Of a stretch of 64,000 nucleotides of DNA, positions 17,184-26,499 are shown piece by piece (within the stretch, counting starts at the first letter, position 1; every line of letters begins with the position of its first letter). Position numbers and translations under genes: made by a program. The DNA is from a virus (lineage: Duplodnaviria > Caudoviricetes). The notes beneath the pieces were generated by a model, which was given only the letters and a program-made list of their open reading frames with translations, did not search any database and was not told the origin of the DNA. The stretch is taken from IMG/VR virus record IMGVR_UViG_3300042541_000805, positions 55-64,054 of that record. The stretch is one strand, 5' to 3'.

Positions 17184-18269
17184 ATGAATGTATTATCACT
17201 ATTCGATGGGATGTCATGTGGGCAACAAGCACTACAAAGATCAGGCATCCAAGTAACAAATTATTTCGCATCAGAGATAGACAAGTATGCAATCCAAATC
17301 ACGCAGAAAAATTATCCTAAAACAATTCAGATTGGTAGTGTGATTGATGTGCAGGCGGAATCATTACCACAAATAGATTTATTAATTGGTGGAAGTCCAT
17401 GTCAAAACCTATCATTTGCTGGGAGCAGAAAAGGTTTGACCACTAAAGAGAATATAGAGATATTAACTTTAGAACATTACCTTGAATTGAAAGCAGATGA
17501 TTTTAAATTCGAGGGGCAATCGTATCTATTTTGGGAGTACATGAGATTGCTTAAAGAAACCAAGCCAAAGTATTTCTTATTAGAGAATGTGGTGATGGGT
17601 AAGAAATGGCAAAAAGTTTTTTCGGATGCTATTGGATGTGAACCTATCATGATTAATTCTTCATTGGTATCTGCACAAACACGTAGAAGATTGTATTGGA
17701 CTAACATCCCTAACATCACACAACCACAAGACAAAGGCATATACCTAAAGGATATATTGGAGGATGATGTAGATGCAAAGTATTTCCTATCTGATAAGGT
17801 AACGGAAAGGTACAAGGATTTGGAGTCAAAGTCTTATGTAGGAACTACTGCACCATCATTCAGAACGATTGGTCAGAGGGATATAGTATATGGCGAACAC
17901 AACAAGATGGGATGCCTAGTAGCTACTGATTATAAGCAACCAAAACAAGTAAGGATAAGCCAAGTAGAAAGGCTATTGGAACGCACACAAGTAGATGTAA
18001 GCAATGTTACCGAGCCTACGATTATGGATGTATACAACAAGAAGTTAGTTAAAGATGGGAAATGTAACACACTAACATTACCACACCATAACGCACAACG
18101 ATTAATTGTACCACCATACATTAGAAAACTTACACCTATTGAATGCGAAAGGCTTCAGACAGTTAGAGATAATTATACCGAGGGCGTGTCTGATTCACAA
18201 AGGTATAGGATGTTAGGTAACGGATGGACAATCAATGTAATTGCACATATTTTTTCACACATAAACTAA
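17184..18269 (+). CDS. DNA (cytosine-5) methyltransferase
   Basis: Motif I LSLFDG, catalytic GGSPCQ, ENV, QxRxR, ECERLQ, motif X LGNGW. Confidence 0.95.
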   Translation: MNVLSLFDGMSCGQQALQRSGIQVTNYFASEIDKYAIQITQKNYPKTIQIGSVIDVQAESLPQIDLLIGGSPCQNLSFAGSRKGLTTKENIEILTLEHYLELKADDFKFEGQSYLFWEYMRLLKETKPKYFLLENVVMGKKWQKVFSDAIGCEPIMINSSLVSAQTRRRLYWTNIPNITQPQDKGIYLKDILEDDVDAKYFLSDKVTERYKDLESKSYVGTTAPSFRTIGQRDIVYGEHNKMGCLVATDYKQPKQVRISQVERLLERTQVDVSNVTEPTIMDVYNKKLVKDGKCNTLTLPHHNAQRLIVPPYIRKLTPIECERLQTVRDNYTEGVSDSQRYRMLGNGWTINVIAHIFSHIN

Positions 18270-18275
18270 ACTAAA

Positions 18276-18683
18276 ATGAACACAGAAAAAAGAATCTTTG
18301 CATCTCTACTAGGTATGGAAGAGCAAACAAAAGAAGAACGCTTACAATGGGCAGAAGATAATGGAATGGTATGGTCAGTAGATTGGTTTATAACTAGTAT
18401 CAATTGTGGGATGATGGTTGATATTAATAAGTACCAATTTGATAGCTACGAGGCAGAGTTAAATAATTCTATGGTATCAATTAACATCCTACAACTAGCA
18501 TCAGAGTTAGCAGAAAATCAAACGATGATTGAAATGTTTGATAACGATTCGTTAGATGAAGAAGAAGAAGAGCAAATGTATGTAAGCCATTCGGATGGGA
18601 CTACATCATTTACCGATGAAGCACAAGACATCTTTAATCCGTTATACGATTACTATTACAATTTAATTTTAAAATGTCAGTAA
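18276..18683 (+). CDS. Highly acidic hypothetical protein
   Basis: ORF track; DEEEEE. Confidence 0.65.
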   Translation: MNTEKRIFASLLGMEEQTKEERLQWAEDNGMVWSVDWFITSINCGMMVDINKYQFDSYEAELNNSMVSINILQLASELAENQTMIEMFDNDSLDEEEEEQMYVSHSDGTTSFTDEAQDIFNPLYDYYYNLILKCQ

Positions 18684-18684
18684 T

Positions 18685-19035
18685 ATGAACATAGAAATCA
18701 ATTTAGACACAACAAATGTCGCATTCCCTATTGTTATCAAGGATACTAAAGGGAATGAAATTTACAAACAATGGGAAAGTGGTTATTGGTGCAAATTAAC
18801 CTATGATGATAATGGCAATGAATTAACCTATAAAAATTCAGATGGTGATTCTTGGAAATGCACCTACGATGATAATAATAACGAATTAACTTTTAAAAAT
18901 TCAAGTGGTTATTACAAAATAAAAGGAGAATACGTTACCAAAGAAGAATACGAAGCATTTATTAATCCAATTCCTGAATACACTATGGATGAATTAATTG
19001 TTAAATTAGGACACAACTTTAAAATAAAAAAGTAA
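18685..19035 (+). CDS. Protein with short YD-like repeats
   Basis: TYDDNGNELTYKNS / TYDDNNNELTFKNS. Confidence 0.7.
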   Translation: MNIEINLDTTNVAFPIVIKDTKGNEIYKQWESGYWCKLTYDDNGNELTYKNSDGDSWKCTYDDNNNELTFKNSSGYYKIKGEYVTKEEYEAFINPIPEYTMDELIVKLGHNFKIKK

Positions 19036-19220
19036 TGAACTACGAAAATCGCATACGAAAGGTATCAAGGTTATACCAACAAGCAATCGCTGACCAAATC
19101 CCACACAAGATGATGCAAGGTTATTATCTGCTAACGGAACTGAATAAAAAACAATACGATGACAATTATAGGAAACAATATTTGGAGGAGATAAGACATG
19201 GAAGAACTATTCATATTTAA
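19035..19220 (+). CDS. Hypothetical protein
   Basis: ORF track; TAATG coupling. Confidence 0.6.
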   Translation: MNYENRIRKVSRLYQQAIADQIPHKMMQGYYLLTELNKKQYDDNYRKQYLEEIRHGRTIHI

Positions 19221-19437
19221 GTATAAGAAAGAAGAGATACAAATGAAGTCAACCTATCAGTACCCAACATTCAAGGAAGCAGTAGAGTACATTAATAGCT
19301 TACCTAGTAAGGATAATTACCTGTCTGCTATTCAAGCTGGAAACCTAAAGCTATATGCAAAGATTGGTAGTAAAACCTATCAACCGATGGGTACATTGAG
19401 CCAAACCTTGTACAAGTCACTAGGAGGAACTACTTAA
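19198..19437 (+). CDS. Hypothetical protein
   Basis: ORF track. Confidence 0.6.
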   Translation: MEELFIFKYKKEEIQMKSTYQYPTFKEAVEYINSLPSKDNYLSAIQAGNLKLYAKIGSKTYQPMGTLSQTLYKSLGGTT

Positions 19438-19608
19438 TGCTATACATCATACCCTTATATTTATTGTTTTATTTAATAAAAGAAGAGATTAAAAATTGGA
19501 GATTAAGTAACAAAAAATAGTTTATAATACTACTGATGTTCAGTAAAATAGCAAATAAAAATGAATCAATTTAACCAGATCACAAACTAAATTTAAAAAC
19601 ATTAAGTT

Positions 19609-20145
19609 ATGAGCAAACGAATCTATTTAAACGACACACAAACCCTAGAGATGAAACTATTCTCTTGGAGGAAAGCCATCGGCTTACTTTTACTATCCTC
19701 TTTTCTTGGATTTTGGCTAGGTTTCGGTATAATTTCTAACGATATCGTAATAAATTCCGATGGAATCTATGCAATTCCACACCAAAAGGATATATTTACG
19801 GAGCAAAAATTAAAGCAATACCTAATCGAGCTGAATGTAAAATACCCAAACATCGTATTTGCCCAAGCAAAATTAGAGAGCGGAAACTTTAGATCCAAAA
19901 TATTTGAGGAGAACAATAACCTATTTGGTATGAAACAACCATCTATTAGGGCAACTACTGCGACAGGTGAGCAGTATAATCATGCTACCTACAATTCATG
20001 GCGAGAGTCGGTGCTAGATTATGCCCTATACTCATGCAAGTACACATCTAACATCAAATCAGAATCGGAGTACATAGCATATTTAGGTAGCAGATATGCT
20101 GAAGATTCTAATTATATCAATAAATTGAAAAATATTTTAAAATAA
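19609..20145 (+). CDS. Membrane-anchored glucosaminidase (GH73 / FlgJ-like muramidase domain)
   Basis: N-terminal TM helix; AQAKLESG, NNLFGMK, YAED..Y motifs. Confidence 0.85.
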   Translation: MSKRIYLNDTQTLEMKLFSWRKAIGLLLLSSFLGFWLGFGIISNDIVINSDGIYAIPHQKDIFTEQKLKQYLIELNVKYPNIVFAQAKLESGNFRSKIFEENNNLFGMKQPSIRATTATGEQYNHATYNSWRESVLDYALYSCKYTSNIKSESEYIAYLGSRYAEDSNYINKLKNILK

Positions 20146-20201
20146 ATTGCGTAATTAAATTAATAATACATATTTTTGTGAACAAACTAAAACTAAAAAA
20201 A

Positions 20202-20384
20202 ATGAAAGATTTAAACACAAACCAAATTAAAGCAGATAATGTATTTGAAGTAATGGCTTCAATGACCAAAAGTAAACTTATTGAGAAAGGTGTTTTACCT
20301 TCTGATGCTAATGATTTAGCTATCGAGTTTGTAAAAAAACAAGGTATGCAGATTATCAATAATGTTGTTAAAAATAATAAATAG
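20202..20384 (+). CDS. Small protein (60 aa), paralog of 15152..15325
   Basis: KLIEKGVLPSDANDLAIEFVK; -7 box TATTTTTG 20171-20178. Confidence 0.8.
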   Translation: MKDLNTNQIKADNVFEVMASMTKSKLIEKGVLPSDANDLAIEFVKKQGMQIINNVVKNNK

Positions 20385-20404
20385 TAGTAAACTATAAAGA
20401 AACG

Positions 20405-20625
20405 ATTTGGCTTTATCTCCAAATAGTATGCCCAATATGATGAGAAATGGTGTGATTACCATAAGGGATTGCTAATAGGACAAGGTTCTATTCAGATTGA
20501 CTATCTGCGGTGAATATCAAAGAGATGTAAAGAACAACGCACTCTCATAAGTCTAGTCCTAACCTGAGGTAGTGCTTGGGGACAACCACAACACCTGTAA
20601 GTTGGATAAATTAGGGTGTTATTTT
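20405..20625 (+). ncRNA. Candidate structured intergenic RNA
   Basis: ORF-free, raised GC, at least seven short complementary segment pairs, two of them crossing. Confidence 0.45.
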
Positions 20626-20654
20626 AAACAAATCTTAAACTAAAAACTAAAAAA

Positions 20655-20981
20655 ATGATAGACTTAAACAAAAAGTACAAGACAAAAGATGGGAATGAAG
20701 TAAAGTTATTTGAAATCCATAAAGACAAAGTGATTGGAATGGTAATATTCCAAGTAACATCACCATATCCAACAATGTGGGAATTAGATGGTAAACATTT
20801 TTCTATTTGGAAAGAATTTGATTTAGAAGAAGTAAAGAAACCTATTGAACATTCAGTTTGGATTAATGTCTACGAACAAGGATTCAGTAGATATACACAT
20901 ACTACTAGAGAATCAGCTGATGAAGATGCACAAGAAGGTGTATTGGATTGTATCGAAGTAAAATATAGTTCAGTAAAATGA
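20655..20981 (+). CDS. Hypothetical phage protein
   Basis: KKYKTKDGNEV...W..DG...DL...VWINVY. Confidence 0.7.
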   Translation: MIDLNKKYKTKDGNEVKLFEIHKDKVIGMVIFQVTSPYPTMWELDGKHFSIWKEFDLEEVKKPIEHSVWINVYEQGFSRYTHTTRESADEDAQEGVLDCIEVKYSSVK

Positions 20982-21259
20982 AAAACGAAGAAGCATACTT
21001 GCACAATGTTGTAGGGATTTATATCCACGCACAAATGCTAATCAACCATATATCATGTATAAAAGGTAGTAGTAATACTACCAATTCGCATGACAAGTAT
21101 GTGTACAACAAGATGGCTGATGTAGAGAAGAACCTACTGAAACTAACATCCCCAATCTCAAGGTTTCTGAAGGATCAGGGAAATTTAGAAGACATCGAAG
21201 ACTTAATAATAGAAATGCACGATATAGTAGAACCAATTTTAAACAAAATAAACAAGTAA
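20978..21259 (+). CDS. Hypothetical protein
   Basis: ORF track. Confidence 0.65.
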   Translation: MKNEEAYLHNVVGIYIHAQMLINHISCIKGSSNTTNSHDKYVYNKMADVEKNLLKLTSPISRFLKDQGNLEDIEDLIIEMHDIVEPILNKINK

Positions 21260-21263
21260 ATTT

Positions 21264-21809
21264 ATGACAAATCTAACAAAAGAACAAATCGCATTAATCA
21301 ACAAGCCACTACCAGCGGAGGCTATCAAAGACCATCCATCAAAGGTAGGAATGTCAACCATCAAAGCTATCTTTGTAACTGATAGACTCAATGAAGTCTT
21401 CGGTGTAGGAGGCTGGCAAATCAGAACACGAGAAGTGTCAATGGAAAAAATCGAATCAGTAACAAAAGCTGGTAAAGATAGAACAACCTACATGTGCGTT
21501 ACTCACACCACATTTTCAGTACCTGATCATTCTATTTATTACGAGTGTATAGCAGGCTCATCAAACGATGACTGCGGTGATGCATACAAAGGTTCAACAA
21601 CCGATGCTATCACAAAGGTAGGCTCTTATTTAGGCATTGGTGCTGACATATGGAGAGGTGTTGAATCAGTACCTACGGAATTTACTACTGAACTATCGGC
21701 AGTAAAAAGTGTAGCAGAACTTTCAGCAGTTAAAACCAAGTACACAAATCTATTAAGTAATAAAGCAGTTGTTAAACTATTAACCGAAAAATATAATGAA
21801 GTCAAGTAA
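21264..21809 (+). CDS. Rad52/Sak-like single-strand annealing protein
   Basis: DRLNEVFGVGGW, AYKGSTTDAITKVGSYLGIG. Confidence 0.85.
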   Translation: MTNLTKEQIALINKPLPAEAIKDHPSKVGMSTIKAIFVTDRLNEVFGVGGWQIRTREVSMEKIESVTKAGKDRTTYMCVTHTTFSVPDHSIYYECIAGSSNDDCGDAYKGSTTDAITKVGSYLGIGADIWRGVESVPTEFTTELSAVKSVAELSAVKTKYTNLLSNKAVVKLLTEKYNEVK

Positions 21810-21874
21810 AAAAATAATGAGTCCTACAAAGAAACTAATTCAGCTAATGAAGAATGGTGTAGGAGCAGATAAGA

Positions 21875-22348
21875 TTGGAATGGAAATGGTCAAATGGCAT
21901 TTATCGCAAATGGGAATTAAACAGGAGGATGTTAAAGATGTCGCCTTTTAATTTACAAAGTAGTCCGTCTGAAGTGATGGACTACTTTAAAAAAATCATT
22001 GACCAATATGGTAGTGTACAAGCGTTCTGCAAACTTAATAATCTTGAGCCAAAGTTTTACCACCGAATGATGAGAGCATCATCTTGCATGGTTACTAGGG
22101 CATCTATAGAAACGCTAAACGAATCGCTTAAATATTACCATCCAGATGTACGCTTAAAAGAAGAGGTAAGGGAACTTGCAAAGCAAACGCACAACCTGAT
22201 CAGAAGTAAATATAATTCAGCATTGCAGATGTGTCAGTCACATGATATGATGGAAGACTATCAACGAATTGTAGGGTTTTGCAACGGCAGAAGAAAGAAA
22301 TTACCAAGAGAATTAATTTTAAAGATTAGAAAAATAACTAGCAAATAA
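21875..22348 (+). CDS. Hypothetical protein, possibly tandem HTH; start uncertain
   Basis: ORF track; two similar helical halves. Confidence 0.5.
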   Translation: MEWKWSNGIYRKWELNRRMLKMSPFNLQSSPSEVMDYFKKIIDQYGSVQAFCKLNNLEPKFYHRMMRASSCMVTRASIETLNESLKYYHPDVRLKEEVRELAKQTHNLIRSKYNSALQMCQSHDMMEDYQRIVGFCNGRRKKLPRELILKIRKITSK

Positions 22349-22352
22349 AATT

Positions 22353-22610
22353 ATGAAAAAAATGTTTAAATATAATGGTTGGAATTATATATCTGGATGC
22401 GATTGTACCGTAGCAATAGTAAATCCTAGATTCAAATCTGAAGAGGTAACAATTTCAACATTAGATTATGAGTTAGGTCAACTAGGGGAACATTTAACAA
22501 CAAAAGAAAAGCTAGATGGTAGAAGGGGATGGATAACAAAGTATACACATTGCCCTGAATGCAAACAAAAAATCAATTGGAAAGAAATTAAACAAACACT
22601 AAACAACTAA
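22353..22610 (+). CDS. Hypothetical Zn-ribbon protein
   Basis: GCDC...HCPEC. Confidence 0.6.
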   Translation: MKKMFKYNGWNYISGCDCTVAIVNPRFKSEEVTISTLDYELGQLGEHLTTKEKLDGRRGWITKYTHCPECKQKINWKEIKQTLNN

Positions 22611-22615
22611 AAATT

Positions 22616-23113
22616 ATGACAAAGACAGCATTTAAAATTATTGATGTAACGAATGAAATGCAAGAAGCAAAAGCATTCGATTTTGAAAACATTACCAAAA
22701 CAAGTATTGCAAATACGGCTAAAGCAATTGCTATGCCTATCTTGGATGGCGAAATGTCACCATCTAGAAAGATGATCCATTTCATGGCGTTGAGAGATAT
22801 CTTGGATGAAGTTATTAGCGAGATTAGACCATCAGCAATTGATGAGTTAAGATTATCGAAAGGAACTAACGCCCAGATCTTTGGAGCAAAGATAGAGCCA
22901 TCGGTAACTGCTAAATATAACTATGCATCGTGTGGTGATTCATTGTGGGATGCCCTCAACAAAGACCTTGAGATTACAAAGGCTGCGATGAAAGAAAGGG
23001 AAGCATTCCTAAAGACATTGAAGTCATCGGTTTATCTACCTGAAACAGGAGAAGAGATAAGACCTGCAATCGTTACAGGAGGTGAAACTATAAGAGTCAC
23101 ATTTGCTAAATAG
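22616..23113 (+). CDS. Hypothetical protein in recombination module
   Basis: KYNYASCGD...KEREAFLK. Confidence 0.7.
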   Translation: MTKTAFKIIDVTNEMQEAKAFDFENITKTSIANTAKAIAMPILDGEMSPSRKMIHFMALRDILDEVISEIRPSAIDELRLSKGTNAQIFGAKIEPSVTAKYNYASCGDSLWDALNKDLEITKAAMKEREAFLKTLKSSVYLPETGEEIRPAIVTGGETIRVTFAK

Positions 23114-23129
23114 AAAAAGGTTTCCAAAT

Positions 23130-23537
23130 ATGGAAACTTTAAAAAACATAGAAAACATGAAAAAGCAAGAAAAAGAATTATACAAAGAGATTGCAAGGCT
23201 AGAAGAACTAAAGAATTTCTTTAAGCACCAAGCAGTATTAAATAGGCGTAAAGCAGGATTTCTATCAGACATATTAGATATAGAAGAAGTCCATATTGAT
23301 GTGCTTGACAATACTACTGAATACTTAAAAAATTTAAATTGGTTTCAGAAACTTATAATTGGTTACGATAATTTATACAAAAGCAATGAACGAATTAAAG
23401 ATAATTATACAAGAGCTACAAGCTATAAGACTAGTGCAAGAGGATTTAGTCAAGGCAATTTCTCAACTGAGCCAAGCGATGCAAACGAAGAGTCCGAAGC
23501 AAAGTGGCTCGATAATTGGATCGAAGGAATCTATTGA
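23130..23537 (+). CDS. Hypothetical protein (3' part overlaps next gene)
   Basis: ORF track; coiled-coil N-terminus. Confidence 0.5.
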   Translation: METLKNIENMKKQEKELYKEIARLEELKNFFKHQAVLNRRKAGFLSDILDIEEVHIDVLDNTTEYLKNLNWFQKLIIGYDNLYKSNERIKDNYTRATSYKTSARGFSQGNFSTEPSDANEESEAKWLDNWIEGIY

Positions 23538-23778
23538 GGATAGAGATGCTGAATTCAAGCAGTTGTGCTGGTATACATTCAAGGATGAGTTATCAACCAA
23601 TACAATAAAAGATTTCTATACTTATTGGTCAGAGAGAAGTTCTAATTCAAAGAAGATGAGATTCGAGATGGAGAAAGTTTTCGATATTAATAGAAGGATG
23701 CAAACTTGGCTAAAAAACAACAACAAGATAATGCCTCAAAAGAATATAGGTGCAAGTGGATTTAATATAGGGAACTAA
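23386..23778 (+). CDS. Replication initiator C-terminal-like / helicase-loader-like protein
   Basis: FYTYWSE...KMRFEMEKVFDINRRMQTW; TAATG-coupled to the helicase. Confidence 0.6.
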   Translation: MNELKIIIQELQAIRLVQEDLVKAISQLSQAMQTKSPKQSGSIIGSKESIEDRDAEFKQLCWYTFKDELSTNTIKDFYTYWSERSSNSKKMRFEMEKVFDINRRMQTWLKNNNKIMPQKNIGASGFNIGN

Positions 23779-24845
23779 TGGGTAAAGGATATTTTAGAAT
23801 AAGCGAATTAGCAGATGAAGTTAATAAAAAGTACGATGAAGGAATTAGTAAAGGTGAAGATGTTGGATTTAAATGTTTGCAAGATAAGTATTCAGTCAAG
23901 CTAGGATGTACAACCTATGTGTACGGAAGTCCCGTAAGTGGTAAGTCAGAGTTTTGGTTTGAGGTGCTGATAAATTTAAGTAGAAGTAAAAATATGGTAC
24001 ACGCAATTTACTCACCAGAAACGGGTAACCCATCTGACATTGCAATTGAGCTAATGCATAAGTGGGTAGGTAAACCTTTCTATACTAATCTTGACAGACA
24101 ACAAAAAGTAAACAGACTTACCAAGCAGGAGGTATATAGATTGACTGCTGAACTTGACCAATACTTTGTTATCATTGATGCTGGAGAATATGACTTTACC
24201 ATTGAACAATTTTACAACAAGGTTGATGAGATTGAAACTGAACTAGGCATGAGAATCCATACAACGATGGCTGATCCATTTAATGAATTTAAGCATGACT
24301 TACAAGGCGAGGCTAGAGATATGTATGTAGAGGCAGTATTAGGTAGGGTGAGAAGGAACGCAAGGAACACGCAAAGACACAATTGTATTTTAACCCATGT
24401 GCAAGACCAACAGTTACAACAAACAACAGGTGCTAATGGCGAAACAATCTTTTACTATCCTATGCCTACGCCACGCCAAATTGCGTATGGTCAAGCATGG
24501 TTTAGAAAAGGTGATGCAATGATTGCCTTGTGGAGGCCGGCTAAAGGTATGCCTGATGTAGAAAATAATCGTATCTACGATGGTAATGAAGTTATTGTAG
24601 CAGTACAAAAAGCAAAGCCAAAAGGTATCGGTTCCGTAGGGTTAACAAGGCTATGGTTTGATGTAGATAAATCTTGCTACTACGAAATGCATAACACCTT
24701 TGATACTATGTTTAAGTCCTACGCATTTGAGCAGTACGAAAGAGATAAGACAATGGATCAGGAAAGACAACGAGTATTAAATAGTAAAGTCACGCAGTCA
24801 GAACTTAAACCATCAACACAATTTGATTCACCACCACCATTTTAA
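23778..24845 (+). CDS. Replicative helicase, SF4 (DnaB / T7 gp4-like)
   Basis: Walker A GSPVSGKS, YSPE, Walker B MADPFN, ILTH, VQKAK. Confidence 0.85.
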   Translation: MGKGYFRISELADEVNKKYDEGISKGEDVGFKCLQDKYSVKLGCTTYVYGSPVSGKSEFWFEVLINLSRSKNMVHAIYSPETGNPSDIAIELMHKWVGKPFYTNLDRQQKVNRLTKQEVYRLTAELDQYFVIIDAGEYDFTIEQFYNKVDEIETELGMRIHTTMADPFNEFKHDLQGEARDMYVEAVLGRVRRNARNTQRHNCILTHVQDQQLQQTTGANGETIFYYPMPTPRQIAYGQAWFRKGDAMIALWRPAKGMPDVENNRIYDGNEVIVAVQKAKPKGIGSVGLTRLWFDVDKSCYYEMHNTFDTMFKSYAFEQYERDKTMDQERQRVLNSKVTQSELKPSTQFDSPPPF

Positions 24846-24853
24846 AAAACATT

Positions 24854-25027
24854 ATGAGAAACCTAGTAGATTATTTATTCCATTACAACGAACACACAAA
24901 GGTATGGAACGCATTCTTAAGAGAGGATGTAATTACTTACTTTAATGATTTCGCAAACTGCAAGTCATTAATCACAAACAAAAGTATAGACACAATTATT
25001 GATTTTATCGCAACACAAAATGACTAA
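24854..25027 (+). CDS. Hypothetical protein (57 aa), not in ORF track
   Basis: MRNLVDYLFHYNEHTKVWNAF...; fills gap. Confidence 0.6.
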   Translation: MRNLVDYLFHYNEHTKVWNAFLREDVITYFNDFANCKSLITNKSIDTIIDFIATQND

Positions 25028-25328
25028 ACTAAAAACACCGCAGATTTTAAATGTAGACAAGGTCGCATTAAAGAATCACACAGAGTACTATGTAGCGTAT
25101 GCTTACGATGATAAGATACATGAACGCATCATAGAAAAGCAAGACATCGTTAAGTGGGTAGAGAAGAACCTGATCGTTGGTGCTAATGGTATGGTTAAGG
25201 TAGAGATAGATGTATCCGATGTAAAGCATACCGATACCCCAATCTTTGTGTACGAGCAGATGGATGAATTCATTGATAAGTACCTTAATGAAATTGTAGA
25301 AGACATACTTACAATAAGTGTATCATGA
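25020..25328 (+). CDS. Hypothetical protein
   Basis: Start revised to MTKLK. Confidence 0.65.
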   Translation: MTKLKTPQILNVDKVALKNHTEYYVAYAYDDKIHERIIEKQDIVKWVEKNLIVGANGMVKVEIDVSDVKHTDTPIFVYEQMDEFIDKYLNEIVEDILTISVS

Positions 25329-25627
25329 AGAAGATGCTAGAGAAATTAAATGCATTAAATCTTATTGACTTAGTAGGCATCAAGTTCATCATAGCCGCAA
25401 CAGATACAATGAAGACCAACCCCGAAAAGTCTGAAGAGTACGAGAGATACGCCAAAGCTCTGAGCAAGGTTGGCGAATATATTTCTGAGATTGTGGATGA
25501 GCTTGATGCTGAATCTAAGCATAATTTAAACCTAACAAGAGTTGTAGCAGTACAAGAGTTAGAGCTGGAGCAGTTAAGAAACAAAGTAAAGTTATTAGAA
25601 AACGAAATTAATTTTAGAGAGTTATGA
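25325..25627 (+). CDS. Hypothetical coiled-coil protein
   Basis: ORF track; ATGA overlaps. Confidence 0.65.
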   Translation: MKKMLEKLNALNLIDLVGIKFIIAATDTMKTNPEKSEEYERYAKALSKVGEYISEIVDELDAESKHNLNLTRVVAVQELELEQLRNKVKLLENEINFREL

Positions 25628-26196
25628 TTTACAAATTAAATTACCACGTCACACCGAAAGGAATTAAACCTGTATCAGCAATTACCGAAGATGTTATTAT
25701 TCTTGCAGGAGGATTAAACATTATCAATAAGCTACTCGAAGAAAGTAAGTACAACGAGTGGAATGATGCTATCTATAAGCATATCCTTGTAGCTATTGAA
25801 AATACACTAAGTGTTGCTGAAGTTGAAATACTAGGGAAGTCTAGGAAGGGTTATATTAAAACGGCACGAATGGTTGCTGGTCATTTGATGTATAGGTTTA
25901 CCTTGTGGACAAAGCAGAAGGTTGGAAAGAAATTAGGACTCGATCATTCGACAATCCTACACTACAATTCTATACTTGGTGACCAACAATTACAGAAGCA
26001 TAATCCTGATCTATACGCTATCTATAGTAGATGTGAGCAAGAGTTATTCTCTATGATGTCAGCGTTTGATATTGATAACCCAAAGGTTCTGGCAACTAAA
26101 TTATCGCATACTAAGAAGCTAATTGATTCAATTGCTACTACCTACGATAAGACATTCAAAGAGATTGTGGAAAAGTATTTAGCTGAAATAGACTAG
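25624..26196 (+). CDS. Protein with DnaA C-terminal-like HTH domain
   Basis: ILGKSRK...ARMVAGHLM...VGKKLGLDHSTILH. Confidence 0.8.
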   Translation: MIYKLNYHVTPKGIKPVSAITEDVIILAGGLNIINKLLEESKYNEWNDAIYKHILVAIENTLSVAEVEILGKSRKGYIKTARMVAGHLMYRFTLWTKQKVGKKLGLDHSTILHYNSILGDQQLQKHNPDLYAIYSRCEQELFSMMSAFDIDNPKVLATKLSHTKKLIDSIATTYDKTFKEIVEKYLAEID

Positions 26197-26244
26197 GTTA
26201 GCCCATATAGTGCTATATTTGATACCGTTCACAATAATTAAAAT

Positions 26245-26499
26245 ATGTTTATAACGGATAAAAATAGTAAGAGGAGTGCATTATTCACCAAGGGTGATAA
26301 AGTAGTTCTAAAAATCAATAGAGAAGGCTTATCAGAGGCTCAATACAATGAGGCTAGGGAAATCTTCGGAGAGGTTTGGGAGGTAATGTACTTCTCTTAT
26401 ACGCACCAAAATTGGATATGTCAATCAGAGGCAGGGATACAATGCAAGTTTAATGAGGACAAGATTGAAAGATATGAGCCGAGTTCGCAAAGTATCTAA
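26245..26499 (+). CDS. Hypothetical SH3-like beta protein
   Basis: FTKGDKVVLK; TATATTTG box at 26214-26221. Confidence 0.55.
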   Translation: MFITDKNSKRSALFTKGDKVVLKINREGLSEAQYNEAREIFGEVWEVMYFSYTHQNWICQSEAGIQCKFNEDKIERYEPSSQSI

